From: Chloroflexota bacterium
GTDB taxonomy: Bacteria; Chloroflexota; UBA11872; VXOZ01
DNA: 64,000 nt
Assembly: GCA_963663275.1 (NCBI GenBank)
Contig: OY760183.1
Coordinates: 3,424,001-3,488,000 of the forward strand
Direction: 5' to 3'
Part shown: in pieces, positions 1 through 10,170 of the stretch
How the letters are laid out: each line of letters begins with the position of its first letter
How positions within the stretch are numbered: the first letter of the stretch is position 1
The notes under the pieces: generated by a model
The model's database searches: none
What the model saw: the letters and a program-made list of their open reading frames with translations, nothing else
What the model was told of the DNA's origin: nothing
Position numbers and translations under genes: made by a program

Positions 1-1
1 C

Positions 2-154
2 ATGTGGTCCAGCGACTACCCGCACGGCAACTCGACGTGGCCGGACTCGCGGCAGATCGTCGCGCGCGACATGGGCAACCTGCCCGCGGACGTGCGCGCC
101 CGGCTGGTGCGCGAGAACGTCTCGAAGCTGTACGGGATCGAGGTCAGCGCCTGA
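2..154 (+). CDS. Amidohydrolase_2 family protein, C-terminal fragment (5' end outside window)
   Basis: Manual translation MWSSDYPHGNSTWP...RENVSKLYGIEVSA*; the SDYPH motif and N..LYG tail are typical of the family. Confidence 0.85.
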   Translation: MWSSDYPHGNSTWPDSRQIVARDMGNLPADVRARLVRENVSKLYGIEVSA

Positions 155-155
155 G

Positions 156-1163
156 CTAGATGGCGCCGGGGCCGACGCGGATGCACGCCGTCCAGTGGCC
201 GGGGCTCGTCTCCTTGAGCGGCGGGATGACGGCCCGGCACTCGTCCACGGCCATGGGACACCGCGTGTGGAAGACGCAGCCCCGCGGCGGGTTCTGCGGG
301 CTGGGGATGTCGCCCTGCAGCACGATACGCTCCCGCACCTCCTCCACCCCGGGATCGGGCACCGGCACGGCGGAGAGCAGCGCCCTGGTGTACGGATGCT
401 GCGGGTCCTCGTAGAGGTCGTCGCAGGGCGCGAGCTCCATCAGCCGCCCGAGGTACATGACCGCGACCCGGTCCGAGATGTGCCGGACGACGGAGAGGTC
501 GTGCGCGATGAGGAGGTACGTGAGCCCGAACTGCTCCTGCAGCTCCTGCAGGAGGTTGATGATCTGCGCCTGTATCGAGACGTCGAGCGCGGAGACGGGC
601 TCGTCGGCGACGATGAACTCCGGCTCCGCCGCGATGGCCCGGGCGATGCCGATGCGCTGGCGCTGGCCGCCGGAGAACTCGTGCGGGAAGCGGTCGGCCA
701 TGTACAGGTTGAGGCCGACGACCTCCAGCAACTCCTGGATGCGCTCCCGCATCCGGGCCTTGCCTTGCACCAGCCCGTGGACGCTCACCGGCTCGCCGAT
801 GATGCCGGCCGCGGTCATGCGGGGGCTGAGCGACGAGTACGGGTCCTGGAAGATGGCGTTGATGCGCCTGCGCATGGAGCGCAGGTCGCGGCCGCCCAGG
901 GTGCTCATCTCCACGCCGTCGAACTTCACCTCGCCCTCGGTCTGCTGGTGCAGTTGCAGGATGCAGCGCCCCAGCGTGCTCTTGCCGCTGCCGCTCTCGC
1001 CGACGAGGCCGAGCGTCTCGCCGCGCTGTATCGTGAGCGATACGTCGTCGACGGCCTTGACCTCGCCGATGCGCTTCTTGAACACGATGCCGGAGGTGAC
1101 CGGGAAGTACTTCTTCACCCGGCTCACTTCGACGAGAGGGGAGTCCGCCCGGGTTGTCGTCAT
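156..1163 (-). CDS. Oligopeptide/dipeptide ABC transporter ATPase (OppF/DppF-like)
   Basis: Walker [17 protein letters not shown] signature, HPYT motif and Cys-rich oligo_HPY C-terminus. Confidence 0.95.
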   Translation of the reverse strand: MTTTRADSPLVEVSRVKKYFPVTSGIVFKKRIGEVKAVDDVSLTIQRGETLGLVGESGSGKSTLGRCILQLHQQTEGEVKFDGVEMSTLGGRDLRSMRRRINAIFQDPYSSLSPRMTAAGIIGEPVSVHGLVQGKARMRERIQELLEVVGLNLYMADRFPHEFSGGQRQRIGIARAIAAEPEFIVADEPVSALDVSIQAQIINLLQELQEQFGLTYLLIAHDLSVVRHISDRVAVMYLGRLMELAPCDDLYEDPQHPYTRALLSAVPVPDPGVEEVRERIVLQGDIPSPQNPPRGCVFHTRCPMAVDECRAVIPPLKETSPGHWTACIRVGPGAI

Positions 1164-2170
1164 GCGGCGCCTCCCGTTTCCACCGCCCAGCAGGCGACGT
1201 GGTGCTCGACCCCTGAGCCGCGCACGTGCAGCACCTCCGGCACGTCGTCTTCACAGCGCGCGATGGCGTAGGCGCAGCGCTCGCGGAACGCGCAGCCCGG
1301 CGGGAGGTTGCTCAGGTCGGGCGGCATCCCCTCAATGGGGATGAGGCGCTCGCCCTTCGGCTTGTCGAGCCGGGGCACGGACGCGAGCAGCCCCTTCGTG
1401 TAAGGGTGCTGCGGCTCGTCGAACACCTGGTGCAGCGTGCCGCGCTCGACGATGCGGCCCGCGTACATGACGTTGATGCGGTCGACGTAGCGCGCCACGA
1501 CGCCGAGGTTGTGGGTGATGATGATGACCGCGATGCCCAGCTCCCGCTGCACCTGCTGGATGAGCTCCAGGATCTGGGCCTGGATCGTCACGTCCAGTGC
1601 GGTCGTGGGCTCATCGGCGATGAGCAGCTTCGGGTTGCACGAGAGCGCCATGGCGATCATGACCCGCTGGCGCATGCCGCCGGAGAACTCGTGGGGGTAG
1701 GCGCGGAGCCGGTTCGCGGCGTCCGGTATGCCGACGAGCTCCAGCAGCTCCGATGCGCGGGCGTGCGCCGTGTCCGTGTCGTAGGCGAGGTGCCGCTGGA
1801 CGGCCTCGGTGAGCTGGCGGCCTATCGTGAGCACGGGGTTCAGGGAGGTCATCGGCTCCTGGAACACCATGCCGATGCGGTTCCCCCGGATGTCCCGCAT
1901 CGTCTTCTCGTCCTGCTGGAGCAGGTCGTCTCCCATGAAGCGTATGGTGCCCGCCAGGATGCGCCCCGGCGGACTGGGGATGAGGCGCATGATGGAGAGC
2001 GCGGTGATGCTCTTGCCACAGCCGCTCTCCCCAACGAGGGCGAGCGACTCGCCTTCCATGAGGTCGAAGGTGACCCCGTCCACGGCCTTCACCACGCCGG
2101 CAGACGTGAAGAAGTGCGTGCGCAGGCCGTTCACTTCAAGGAGAGCCGTCAAGTAAGTCCCCTGCTCCAA
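1160..2170 (-). CDS. Oligopeptide/dipeptide ABC transporter ATPase (OppD/DppD-like)
   Basis: [35 protein letters not shown]; overlaps the downstream ATPase by 4 nt. Confidence 0.95.
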   Translation of the reverse strand: MEQGTYLTALLEVNGLRTHFFTSAGVVKAVDGVTFDLMEGESLALVGESGCGKSITALSIMRLIPSPPGRILAGTIRFMGDDLLQQDEKTMRDIRGNRIGMVFQEPMTSLNPVLTIGRQLTEAVQRHLAYDTDTAHARASELLELVGIPDAANRLRAYPHEFSGGMRQRVMIAMALSCNPKLLIADEPTTALDVTIQAQILELIQQVQRELGIAVIIITHNLGVVARYVDRINVMYAGRIVERGTLHQVFDEPQHPYTKGLLASVPRLDKPKGERLIPIEGMPPDLSNLPPGCAFRERCAYAIARCEDDVPEVLHVRGSGVEHHVACWAVETGGAA

Positions 2171-2199
2171 AGCGCTAGAGCGCCATCCGATACGGCGTG

Positions 2200-2228
2200 A
2201 ACCTAGCCTAACGAGGGGCGGGTGTAAA
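2200..2228 (-). promoter_or_regulatory. Putative sigma70 promoter of the oppDF-like genes
   Basis: TTTACA-17 nt-TAGGTT on the minus strand upstream of 2170. Confidence 0.5.
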
Positions 2229-2233
2229 GTGCG

Positions 2234-2749
2234 CTACGCCTTCCGGGGCATCTTGTAGCGGCGGCCGCGTTCGCGCACCGTGCGCTGCGCATCGAACGTC
2301 ATCACCGGCACGCCGTAGCCGCAACTCGTGGCAGTGCCCTCGACGTCGACCACGATGGCCTGCCGCTCCGGCAGCGCGATGTTCTCCGCAGGGGTGGCGA
2401 GCAACCGCTCGGCGAGCGGCGATTCGGCGATGGGCGTCACCGTGGCGTGGCCGTACAGCCGCACGATAGCAGCATCCTCCCGGTCGAACGAGCAGACCAT
2501 GACAGTGATCGGGCCGCCGGCCATCGAGTGGCGCGCCGTCTCGTTGCCGCTGCCAGTGTAGTCGAGGTACGCGACGCGGCGCTCATCCAGCACGTGGAGC
2601 GGCACACCGCCCTTCGGCGAAACGTTCACCGCGCCGACGCCGTGCTCTCCCGGCTCGAGGCCGGGGTCGGCGGTGGCGACGAAGAAGAGCTGCGCCTGCC
2701 GGATGAGGTCGGCCTGCTTGTCCGTGATTCGGTCGAAGTAGTCGGCCAT
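2234..2749 (-). CDS. Pyridoxamine 5'-phosphate oxidase-related FMN-binding protein
   Basis: FFVATA, NVSPKG, YLDYTGSGNET and TSCGYGVP motifs. Confidence 0.85.
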   Translation of the reverse strand: MADYFDRITDKQADLIRQAQLFFVATADPGLEPGEHGVGAVNVSPKGGVPLHVLDERRVAYLDYTGSGNETARHSMAGGPITVMVCSFDREDAAIVRLYGHATVTPIAESPLAERLLATPAENIALPERQAIVVDVEGTATSCGYGVPVMTFDAQRTVRERGRRYKMPRKA

Positions 2750-2758
2750 GGCGTGCTC

Positions 2759-3535
2759 CTACGCTGCCCTCGCCACCCAGACGAGGTCCTCGGTCTCCCC
2801 GGTGACGGGGCCGCCGTCGAAGTCGCCGTAGACGGCATCGAGGTCGAAACCGCACAGCTCCAGCAGGTGCTCCATCTCGTACCGGAAGGTGTAGCGCTGA
2901 TCGACGTCGCGTATGAGGCGGCGCTCCACGACTCCCTCGTCGCTCACCTCCTCGATGATGAGGCGTGTCTCGTTCACCTGCGTGACCGGGTCCCAGCCGT
3001 TCTGTCCCCAGACGACGAGCGTGCCACCGCCCTCGCGCTCGACGTCCTTCATGTGGTACGCGAGCCGGGACTGCTCGTCGTTCACGAGGGAGCTCACGTC
3101 CGGATTGAACGTGTCCATCACGAACACGCCGCCGGGCGCCAGCCGCTCCCGGACGCGGGCGAGCGCCTGCCGTTGCTCCTCCGTCGTGAGCATGCTGTGG
3201 AACGAGCGGAACGGCATGATGACGAGGGGGAAGCGCTCGGCGAGTTGCACCGTCGCCATGTCGCCGGACTGGAAGACGCACCGTTCGGAGAGCCCGCGCT
3301 TCGCCGCCTTGACCTGCGCGACCTCGATCATCCGCGGCGAGATGTCGATGCCGATCACGGCGACGCCTTCCCGTGCGATAGCGAGGCTGATGCGTCCCGT
3401 GCCGCAGCCGAGTTCGAGGATGGGGCCTCCCGACTCGCGCGCCAGCTCGACATAGAAGTCAATGTCGTGCGTCAGGTCGGCATGCACCGCATCGTAGATG
3501 TCGGCCCAGTCGTCGAAGGGAAAGTCGAATGGCAT
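2759..3535 (-). CDS. Class I SAM-dependent methyltransferase
   Basis: ILELGCGTGR motif I, GIDISPRM; start placed at MPFDF, immediately after hicB. Confidence 0.9.
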   Translation of the reverse strand: MPFDFPFDDWADIYDAVHADLTHDIDFYVELARESGGPILELGCGTGRISLAIAREGVAVIGIDISPRMIEVAQVKAAKRGLSERCVFQSGDMATVQLAERFPLVIMPFRSFHSMLTTEEQRQALARVRERLAPGGVFVMDTFNPDVSSLVNDEQSRLAYHMKDVEREGGGTLVVWGQNGWDPVTQVNETRLIIEEVSDEGVVERRLIRDVDQRYTFRYEMEHLLELCGFDLDAVYGDFDGGPVTGETEDLVWVARAA

Positions 3536-3539
3536 GGGA

Positions 3540-3962
3540 TCAGGCAGGCACGGGGAGGGGCACGTCGACATGGATGATTTCCGACTCGGGGGCGGGGACC
3601 GGGGCGCCGGACGAGCGTAGGGAACCGAGGTAGTCGGGGAGCATTTCGCGGAAGAGCGCCTCGGCGCGCTCCGGTGTGTCGGCGGCTACGATGACCGGCC
3701 AGAGGTCTTCTGTGAACGCCCGCCACTCGTTGCCCTCGCGATGGATAACGGTGGGGTAGCCCACAACCGCCGCTGCCTGCGCGGTCGGCTCAGGGAGCGT
3801 CTCGCCGTGCTCCAGCATCCCCTCGAAGTGAAACGCGAGCGCTTCGCGGACGTTCGTCTCGACCTCTTTCCGCGAGCGCCCCGTGGCGACGCAGCCCGGT
3901 ACGTCCGGCGCGCCCGCGCAGTAGTTGTTGGGGGTCCTGCTGATGACGACCAAGTACCGCAT
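3540..3962 (-). CDS. hicB: HicB-family antitoxin with two tandem HicB domains
   Basis: Y.VVI...PDVPGCVATG.S..E....REAL..H.EG motif, followed by a second similar unit; lies downstream of hicA. Confidence 0.85.
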   Translation of the reverse strand: MRYLVVISRTPNNYCAGAPDVPGCVATGRSRKEVETNVREALAFHFEGMLEHGETLPEPTAQAAAVVGYPTVIHREGNEWRAFTEDLWPVIVAADTPERAEALFREMLPDYLGSLRSSGAPVPAPESEIIHVDVPLPVPA

Positions 3963-3972
3963 GCCTGCCCCT

Positions 3973-4164
3973 CTACTTCAGTCCCGCTTGCTTCCTGATT
4001 CCGTCCCAGAGCCATTGTCGCACGTCTTCGCCCAAGCGCCCCGGTATGGTAACCGTTCCGGGTTTTGTGGGGTGATGAAACTGCCGGTGGCTCCCGCGCG
4101 TGCGCACTAGGAACCAGCCATCCCGCTCCACCATTCGGATCGCGTCTCTTACCTTATGCACCAT
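3973..4164 (-). CDS. hicA: HicA-family mRNA interferase toxin
   Basis: 63 aa with GWFLVRTRGSHRQFHHPTKPGTVTIP. Confidence 0.9.
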   Translation of the reverse strand: MVHKVRDAIRMVERDGWFLVRTRGSHRQFHHPTKPGTVTIPGRLGEDVRQWLWDGIRKQAGLK

Positions 4165-4237
4165 CACGCGCCGCCTGCAAGCATGGTACGAGGCGGTCTG
4201 ACGGCAGCGTAAGGGGCGGATGGCACTCGCCGCCGGT

Positions 4238-4850
4238 TCAACTCCCGCCCATGCGCTGGAGCGCGCGGCGGACGCGCTCGTCGGTGGGGGCGTCCGCCGC
4301 GCCGTCCTCGGCGGCGAGCGCCTGCCGCGCTTCGAGGGCGGAGTAGCCGAGCGCCATGAGCCACTGCAGCGCAGGGTCGCCCGCGCCGCCCGCGGTCGTT
4401 GCGACACCCGCGCCGGTCACGAGGGGCGCGCCGATCTCGTCCTCCAGCTTGCTCTTGAGGTCGAGGATGATGCGCTCGGCGGTGCGCTTGCCGACGCCGG
4501 GGCGCGCGGCTGATGGCGTTGGCGTCGCCCGCGACGATGGCGGTGGCGAGGTCTTCCGGCGGCAGCACGCTCAGCACGGCGAGCGCCGCCTTCGGACCGA
4601 CCTGGCTGACGCCGATCAGCATCTCGAACAGGCGGCGTCCGTGCTCGGAGGCGAAGCCGTAAAGCTGCAGGTCGTCCTCGCGGACGATGAGGTGGGTGTG
4701 CAGCCGCACGGGGCTGTCCGCGCCGGGCAGGCCGCCGAGGTCGTGCGCGGGGACGAAGACGCGCAGCAGGATGCCGCCGCCGACCCGCACGACGACGGAG
4801 TCGGCGTGCTTCGCCTCGATCGTGCCCTCGACGCCCGCGATGATGCTCAT
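4238..4850 (-). CDS. ruvA: Holliday junction branch-migration protein RuvA, with an apparent 1-nt frameshift at G4 4499-4502
   Basis: HLIVRED.LQLYGF and VGPKAALAVLS; after the shift GVGKRTAERIILDLKSKL and a LMALGY domain III. Confidence 0.9.
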
Positions 4851-5350
4851 CGGGCGCGCACCCGTTCGGCGGCCCGGAGGGTCTGCGCGTGGCAGAGCGC
4901 GATGGCGATTGCGTCCGATGCATCCTCGGCCATCGGCTCATCGCCGAGTTCCAGCAGGATGCGGACGGAGCGCTGCACCTGCGCCTTGTCGCCCGCGCCG
5001 TAATTGGCGACGGCGCTCTTCACCGTGGCCGGGGAGTAGCGGTGGATGGGGATGCCCGCGCGCGCCGCGACGAGCAGGGCGACAGCCTGCGCCTGCCCCA
5101 CAGCGACTGCGGACTTGGCGCCCCTCGCCGCCGCGACGAACGGCTCCTCGATCGCGAGCTGGTCCGGCGCCCAGCGCTCCGCGAGCGCCTGCAGTTCGCC
5201 GAGGAGCAGGTGGAGCCGCTCCGCGATCTCCTTCGACCGTCCGCCGTCGAACGTCCCCCACGCCATGCAGCGCGTGCCGCCGTCGTCGTCGAGGTCGAGG
5301 ATGCTGTAGCCCATCGTCTGGGTGCCGGGGTCGACGCCGAGGATACGCAT
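4847..5350 (-). CDS. ruvC: Crossover junction endodeoxyribonuclease RuvC
   Basis: MRILGVDPG, AIEEPF, YSPATVKSAVANYGAGDKAQVQ, DASDAIAIALCH. Confidence 0.95.
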   Translation of the reverse strand: MRILGVDPGTQTMGYSILDLDDDGGTRCMAWGTFDGGRSKEIAERLHLLLGELQALAERWAPDQLAIEEPFVAAARGAKSAVAVGQAQAVALLVAARAGIPIHRYSPATVKSAVANYGAGDKAQVQRSVRILLELGDEPMAEDASDAIAIALCHAQTLRAAERVRAR

Positions 5351-5370
5351 GGCGCTCCGTTCGTTCTCCT

Positions 5371-6213
5371 CTACCGCAGGGCGTAGCGGTCGTTCTCTTC
5401 GGCGACGACCGCCTGCTCCTCGATGAGCTTGGTGAGCGTGGTGACGAGCTGGCGCTCCGCGAGACGCTCCCGTGACTTCGGGAGGCGGGTGTAGATGCGC
5501 ACGCGGAGCTCGGAAGGCGAGAGCGGGCCGTCGCGCAGTGCGTTCAGGATGGCCTGCTCCCGCTCGTGCCGGTGCTTGATGAGGGCGTTGAGCCGCGCCT
5601 TCGGCCGCTTCACCGGGCCGCCGTGGCCGGTGTACATGATGCGGGCGTCCACGTCCTTCAGCATCTCCAGCGTCCGCATGTAGTCCGCGAGGTTGCCGTC
5701 CTGCGGGCCGATGCTGGTGGTGGAGACCGCGAGCACGGTGTCGCTGGTGAAGAGCGCCTTGCGCTCCGGCGCGAAGAGGGCGAGCGAGCCGGAGGTGTGG
5801 CCGGGCGCCCAGACGGCTTCGAGCGAGAGTCCGCCCAATTCGCGGCGGTCGCCGTGCTGCAGGTCGTCCGCGACGTGCAACTCGCCGTGGAGGCGGTCGT
5901 TCTCGATGGCCTCGCGATCGTTGGGGTGGCACGCGAGCGGCGCGCCGGTCTCGCGGTGCATGTGCAGCGCACCGCCGCCGTGGTCGGGATGGCGGTGCGT
6001 GATGATGATCTCGGAGACGGGCGGCGCGTTGACCTCGCGGATGTAGGCGGCGCGTGCGCGGTGGTCGTCCTCGTTCTCCCACCCGGTGTCGATGAGGACC
6101 GCAGTGTCCGAGCCGAATACGAGGTAGGCGTTGGGCGGCGGGAAACCGGGCAGCGGCTCCCGTCCGAACGTGAGTTGGTGTATCCCCTGCTCCAGTTCCA
6201 CGGCGCGCTCCAT
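5371..6213 (-). CDS. MBL-fold metallo-hydrolase (LACTB2-like) with a C-terminal wHTH
   Basis: THRHPDHGGG, PGHT, FTSD and GHG metal-binding motifs; start may be GTG 6201. Confidence 0.85.
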   Translation of the reverse strand: MERAVELEQGIHQLTFGREPLPGFPPPNAYLVFGSDTAVLIDTGWENEDDHRARAAYIREVNAPPVSEIIITHRHPDHGGGALHMHRETGAPLACHPNDREAIENDRLHGELHVADDLQHGDRRELGGLSLEAVWAPGHTSGSLALFAPERKALFTSDTVLAVSTTSIGPQDGNLADYMRTLEMLKDVDARIMYTGHGGPVKRPKARLNALIKHRHEREQAILNALRDGPLSPSELRVRIYTRLPKSRERLAERQLVTTLTKLIEEQAVVAEENDRYALR

Positions 6214-6299
6214 TCTAGCGCACCGGGCGGACGCCCCCGCTACGTTGCCAACTGGCCTAAACTATGGCCGACCCTCGACCCGCCCAAGGAGCACGATCC

Positions 6300-6767
6300 G
6301 TGAGCGACGTTGCGTTTCAAGACATGCTGGCCGGCAACCATTGCTGGGGATGTGGGCCGGACGCGAAGGACGGCCTGAAGCTGCGGAGCTACTGGGACGG
6401 CGACGAGACGGTGTGCACGTGGCTGCCGCGTCCCGAGTTCGCCGCGGGCCCGCGGCACATCCTCTACGGCGGCATGATCGGCAGCGTCATCGATTGCCAC
6501 AGCATCTGGACGGCCATCGCGCAAGCGTACAGGGTCGAGGAGCGGGAGATCGGCTCCGGACCCGTCATCTGGTACGCGACGGCGTCGCTGCACGTGACCT
6601 ACCGGAAGCCGACGCCGATAGACCAGCCGTTGACGATGCGCGCACGGGTGACGGAGATGGTGCGGCGCAAGGCGCTGGTGAGCTGCTCGCTCGAGTCGGG
6701 CGGCGTCGAGACGGCGGCCGGCGAGATGGTCGCGGTGCGCGTCCCGCCGCAATGGTTCGAGGACTAG
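6300..6767 (+). CDS. PaaI/hot-dog fold thioesterase
   Basis: CWGCG, LYGGMIGSVIDCH, TASLHVTYRKPTP; AAGGAG before GTG 6300. Confidence 0.85.
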   Translation: MSDVAFQDMLAGNHCWGCGPDAKDGLKLRSYWDGDETVCTWLPRPEFAAGPRHILYGGMIGSVIDCHSIWTAIAQAYRVEEREIGSGPVIWYATASLHVTYRKPTPIDQPLTMRARVTEMVRRKALVSCSLESGGVETAAGEMVAVRVPPQWFED

Positions 6768-6780
6768 CAGGAAGGAGGGT

Positions 6781-7278
6781 ATGGCGATGACGGTAAGCGT
6801 TTCAGGACTGGTAGAGCATCCGTTGGAGTTGGGTCACGCGGACCTTGCGGCGCTGCCCGGACAGGTGGACGACGTCTCGATCCTCGCGCCCGGACGCGAG
6901 GGATCGGCGGTGCGTTTCACGTCGGTGCTGGAGGCGGCGTCGGCGCAGGCAGACGCGGAGTTCCTCACGCTGGAGGCGGAGGGCGGCTTCGCGGCGAGCG
7001 TCCCGCTGGCGGCCGTCGTGGACCAGGCGCTGCTGCTGTATGCATTGGACGGCGAGCCGCTGCCCCACGACAAGGGCGGCCCTGTACGCTTCCTCATCCC
7101 GGACCCCGCCGCTTGCGGCACCGAGGATGTGGACACCTGCGTGAACGTGAAGTGGCTGAACGCGATCAGTCTCAGCACCGAGCGTGGACGCGACGAGCGC
7201 CCGACCACGCCGCAAGCGCATGAGGCCCTGCACGAAGCGGAGCACGAGAAGGAGGCGCACGATGACTCGACTGCCTGA
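6781..7278 (+). CDS. Molybdopterin-dependent oxidoreductase domain protein (Oxidored_molyb-like)
   Basis: LLYALDGEPLPHDKGGPVRFLIP...NVKWL; His/Glu-rich tail. Confidence 0.7.
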   Translation: MAMTVSVSGLVEHPLELGHADLAALPGQVDDVSILAPGREGSAVRFTSVLEAASAQADAEFLTLEAEGGFAASVPLAAVVDQALLLYALDGEPLPHDKGGPVRFLIPDPAACGTEDVDTCVNVKWLNAISLSTERGRDERPTTPQAHEALHEAEHEKEAHDDSTA

Positions 7279-7816
7279 CGTGACGCGGGACGCGGTGGCC
7301 GAGGAGTTGCGCGATGCGTTCGACGCGCTCATAGCCGACAGCGGCGGGGAAGTACCGCTGGGGCCGGGCGCCGTCGCGGCGCTGAGCCCGGAGATGGCGC
7401 TGCGCCGCCGCCCGCTGAGCAACTATGTGCGCTGGGAGTTGACGCTTCCCCAGCACGTGCAGGAGCTCGCCATCCTCGCGACAGCGCGGCGGATGGACTG
7501 TCCGTACGTGTGGAACGCGCACGCGCCCATGGCGCGGAAGGCCGGCGTGAGCGCCGAACTGGTGGACGCGATGCGCGAGCGCGCGCCGCTCCCCGCTATG
7601 GCGGAGGACGAATCGGCGGTCGTAACGTTCGTGACGGAGATGCTGAGTGGTCACCGCGTATCGCAGGAGGCGTATGATGCAGCCATCGCTCAGTTCGGGA
7701 TACGGCAGACGGTAGACCTCATCGCGCTGGCAGGGCAGTACGTGACCAACGCGTGCTTCCTGAACGCTTTTGAGATACCGTTGCCGGAAACGGCGGAGCC
7801 GGTGTTGCCGGTCTGA
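7262..7816 (+). CDS. Carboxymuconolactone decarboxylase/AhpD-like protein
   Basis: ELAILATAR..C.YVW.AH..ARKAGV; GGAGG RBS before ATG 7262. Confidence 0.8.
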   Translation: MTRLPDVTRDAVAEELRDAFDALIADSGGEVPLGPGAVAALSPEMALRRRPLSNYVRWELTLPQHVQELAILATARRMDCPYVWNAHAPMARKAGVSAELVDAMRERAPLPAMAEDESAVVTFVTEMLSGHRVSQEAYDAAIAQFGIRQTVDLIALAGQYVTNACFLNAFEIPLPETAEPVLPV

Positions 7817-7833
7817 ATCGAGGGAGGCAGACG

Positions 7834-8907
7834 ATGGGCATCATAGACGCAGACGCGCACGTCATCGAGATAGACCAGACGTGGGACTACATGGACCCGT
7901 CTGAGCGCCACTACAGGCCGGGCACGGCCTACCAGACGCTTGAGAACGGCGAGGTGATGAAGTACTGGATCATCGGCGGGCGCGCCATCAGGACGGCGTG
8001 GCCGGGCGGCGGCCCGCGCGGCGAGTTCGGCCTCTTCATCGGCAACGTCGTGCTGCCGACCGACTCCAAGTTCATGCTGGACGTCCAGGCGCGCATCGCT
8101 CACATGGACGAACTCGGGACGGACCTGCAGGTGCTCTACCCCTCCATGTGGACGGGGCCCATCACCACTAACCCCGCGGAGGAGGTCGCCCTCTGCCGGA
8201 GCTACAACCGGTGGATGGCCGACATCTACGCGGAGGGCAAGGGCCGCTTCCGCTGGGCAGCCGCGATGCCCGTGCTGGACCTGGAGGAGGCGGAGCGCCA
8301 GTTGCGGTTCGCGAAAGACAACGGCGCGGTCGCCATCAACCTGCGCGGTATCGAGGTCGGCAACCGGCTCATCAACGACCCGTACTTCTACCCGGTCTAC
8401 GAGTGGGCAGGAGAGTTGGACATGCCCATCTGCCCGCACTCCGGCACCGGGAGTTTCGAATTGGACGCCATCTTCGGCAGTCGGGAGACGCAGTTCGAGC
8501 GCAACAAGTTCAGCGGCCTCTCCGCGTTCCACACGCTGTTGATGTCCGGCCTGCCCGAGCGGTTCCCCAACACGAAGTGGGGCATCATCGAGTTCAGCGC
8601 CGACTGGATCCCCTATCTGCTGAACGATCTCGCCCGTCGCATGGAGCGGCGCGGCGACGGCCTGAGCGCCGACCCTCTGACCGAGAACAACGTCTGGGTG
8701 ACGGTGCAGCTGAACGACGACCTGGAGCAGATCCACCGCTACGTGGGCGGCAACCGGCTCGTCATCGGCACCGACTACGGCCACGCCGACTCAGCGACCG
8801 AGATTTATGCGCTCAAAACGTTCGAGAACGACGAGCGCATGCCGGCGGAGAGCCGCGAACGCATCCTCTGGGACAACCCCAGGGAGCTGTACGGCATCCA
8901 GAACTGA
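7834..8907 (+). CDS. Amidohydrolase_2 family protein
   Basis: IDADAH, YNRW, DPYFYPVY, GTDYGH. Confidence 0.9.
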   Translation: MGIIDADAHVIEIDQTWDYMDPSERHYRPGTAYQTLENGEVMKYWIIGGRAIRTAWPGGGPRGEFGLFIGNVVLPTDSKFMLDVQARIAHMDELGTDLQVLYPSMWTGPITTNPAEEVALCRSYNRWMADIYAEGKGRFRWAAAMPVLDLEEAERQLRFAKDNGAVAINLRGIEVGNRLINDPYFYPVYEWAGELDMPICPHSGTGSFELDAIFGSRETQFERNKFSGLSAFHTLLMSGLPERFPNTKWGIIEFSADWIPYLLNDLARRMERRGDGLSADPLTENNVWVTVQLNDDLEQIHRYVGGNRLVIGTDYGHADSATEIYALKTFENDERMPAESRERILWDNPRELYGIQN

Positions 8908-8935
8908 ACCAGGTCCGCAACCACTACGACTTGCG

Positions 8936-8961
8936 AAGGGGCGCCCATCGGGCGCCCCTTT
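8936..8961 (+). terminator. Hairpin, probable intrinsic terminator
   Basis: 11-bp perfect stem AAGGGGCGCCC-ATC-GGGCGCCCCTT downstream of the stop at 8907. Confidence 0.65.
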
Positions 8962-9096
8962 CACGTACGTCGTTCTTTGAAGCGGCGATGCGCGCGGTCA
9001 GGTCCCCAGCGTAAGGTTCGGCAGGAAGAGGACCTGTCGTGCAGTTCGCTCTGAGCGGCGTATGATACGGGCACGTTGCGGGACAGGAGGGAGACG

Positions 9097-10143
9097 ATGC
9101 CGGTAATCGACGCCGATACCCATGTGGATGAGAGCGAGTCCACATGGCAGGCCCTGGAAGGCGCTCTGGCCAGGTACACCCCCACCACGATGACGCCGCC
9201 CGGGGAGGCGATCGAGCACGCGAGTCTCGACCCGCACCGGAGCCGTTTCTGGCTGGTGGAAGGCCGCCTGCAGATCAGGGCGGTGCGGGACGACGAGCAT
9301 CACCCGGCGCGCGCCCGGCGGGAGCTGGATGACCTCGAGGGCCGGCTGGAAGACATGGACCGGATGGGCGTGGATATCCAGGTGCTCTTCCCCACCTTCT
9401 TCATCCGCTACATCTCGCTTAACCCGGAGCCGGAGGCGGCGCTGGCGAGCGCCTACAACCGCTGGGTGGCTGAGAGATGCGACCAGACCGGCGGGCGTCT
9501 GCGCTGGGCGGCGGTGCTGCCGTGGCTCGACACCGACGCGTCCATCAGGGAGCTGCGCTGGGCGAAGGAGAACGGCGCCTGCGGCATCTTCAAGCGGGGG
9601 CTCGACCTCCTGAAACCTGTGGGCGACCCGCACTTCTACCCGGTGTACGAGGCGGCGAACGACCTGGATATGCCGCTCTGCGTGCACACGGGCCACCCGG
9701 GCAGCGACGGCGACCGCGGCTTCCCCATCATGTCCGCCTTCCTCTCGGTCGTGCGGTCGAAACTGCCCGCCCGGTTCCCCAACCTCCGGTTCGGGTTCAT
9801 CGAAGCCGGAGCGTCGTGGATCCCGTACGTCCTCTCCCAGATCGCCATGAACGAGCGTTCGGACACCCTCCATGAGCGGACGGTCAAACTGGCAACGTCC
9901 GGAGACCTGTTCAGGGACAACCGTCTCTACGTCTCCATCGACCCCGTGGACGACGTCGAGTACCTGCTCACGCTGGGGACCGAGGACAACCTTATGATCG
10001 GCACGGACTACAGCCACTCCGACGTATCCGCGAACATCAGCGCGCTGAACGAAGTCCGCCGCTGGGCCGACTCCGGCATGATCAGCGGCGACGTGGCTGG
10101 CAAGATACTGGAGGACAACCCCAGGACGTTCTACGGCCTGTAG
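9097..10143 (+). CDS. Amidohydrolase_2 family protein
   Basis: IDADTH, YNRW, GTDYSH; GGAGG RBS; TATGAT at 9061. Confidence 0.9.
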   Translation: MPVIDADTHVDESESTWQALEGALARYTPTTMTPPGEAIEHASLDPHRSRFWLVEGRLQIRAVRDDEHHPARARRELDDLEGRLEDMDRMGVDIQVLFPTFFIRYISLNPEPEAALASAYNRWVAERCDQTGGRLRWAAVLPWLDTDASIRELRWAKENGACGIFKRGLDLLKPVGDPHFYPVYEAANDLDMPLCVHTGHPGSDGDRGFPIMSAFLSVVRSKLPARFPNLRFGFIEAGASWIPYVLSQIAMNERSDTLHERTVKLATSGDLFRDNRLYVSIDPVDDVEYLLTLGTEDNLMIGTDYSHSDVSANISALNEVRRWADSGMISGDVAGKILEDNPRTFYGL

Positions 10144-10170
10144 GGAGACGAAGTTCACGAGGAGGGCAGG

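Noticed and set aside
4499-4502. ruvA frameshift as a pseudogene or programmed shift
   Set aside because: One extra base in a homopolymer of an otherwise intact conserved gene; the same pattern occurs in vsr and mrr, so a long-read indel is most likely.
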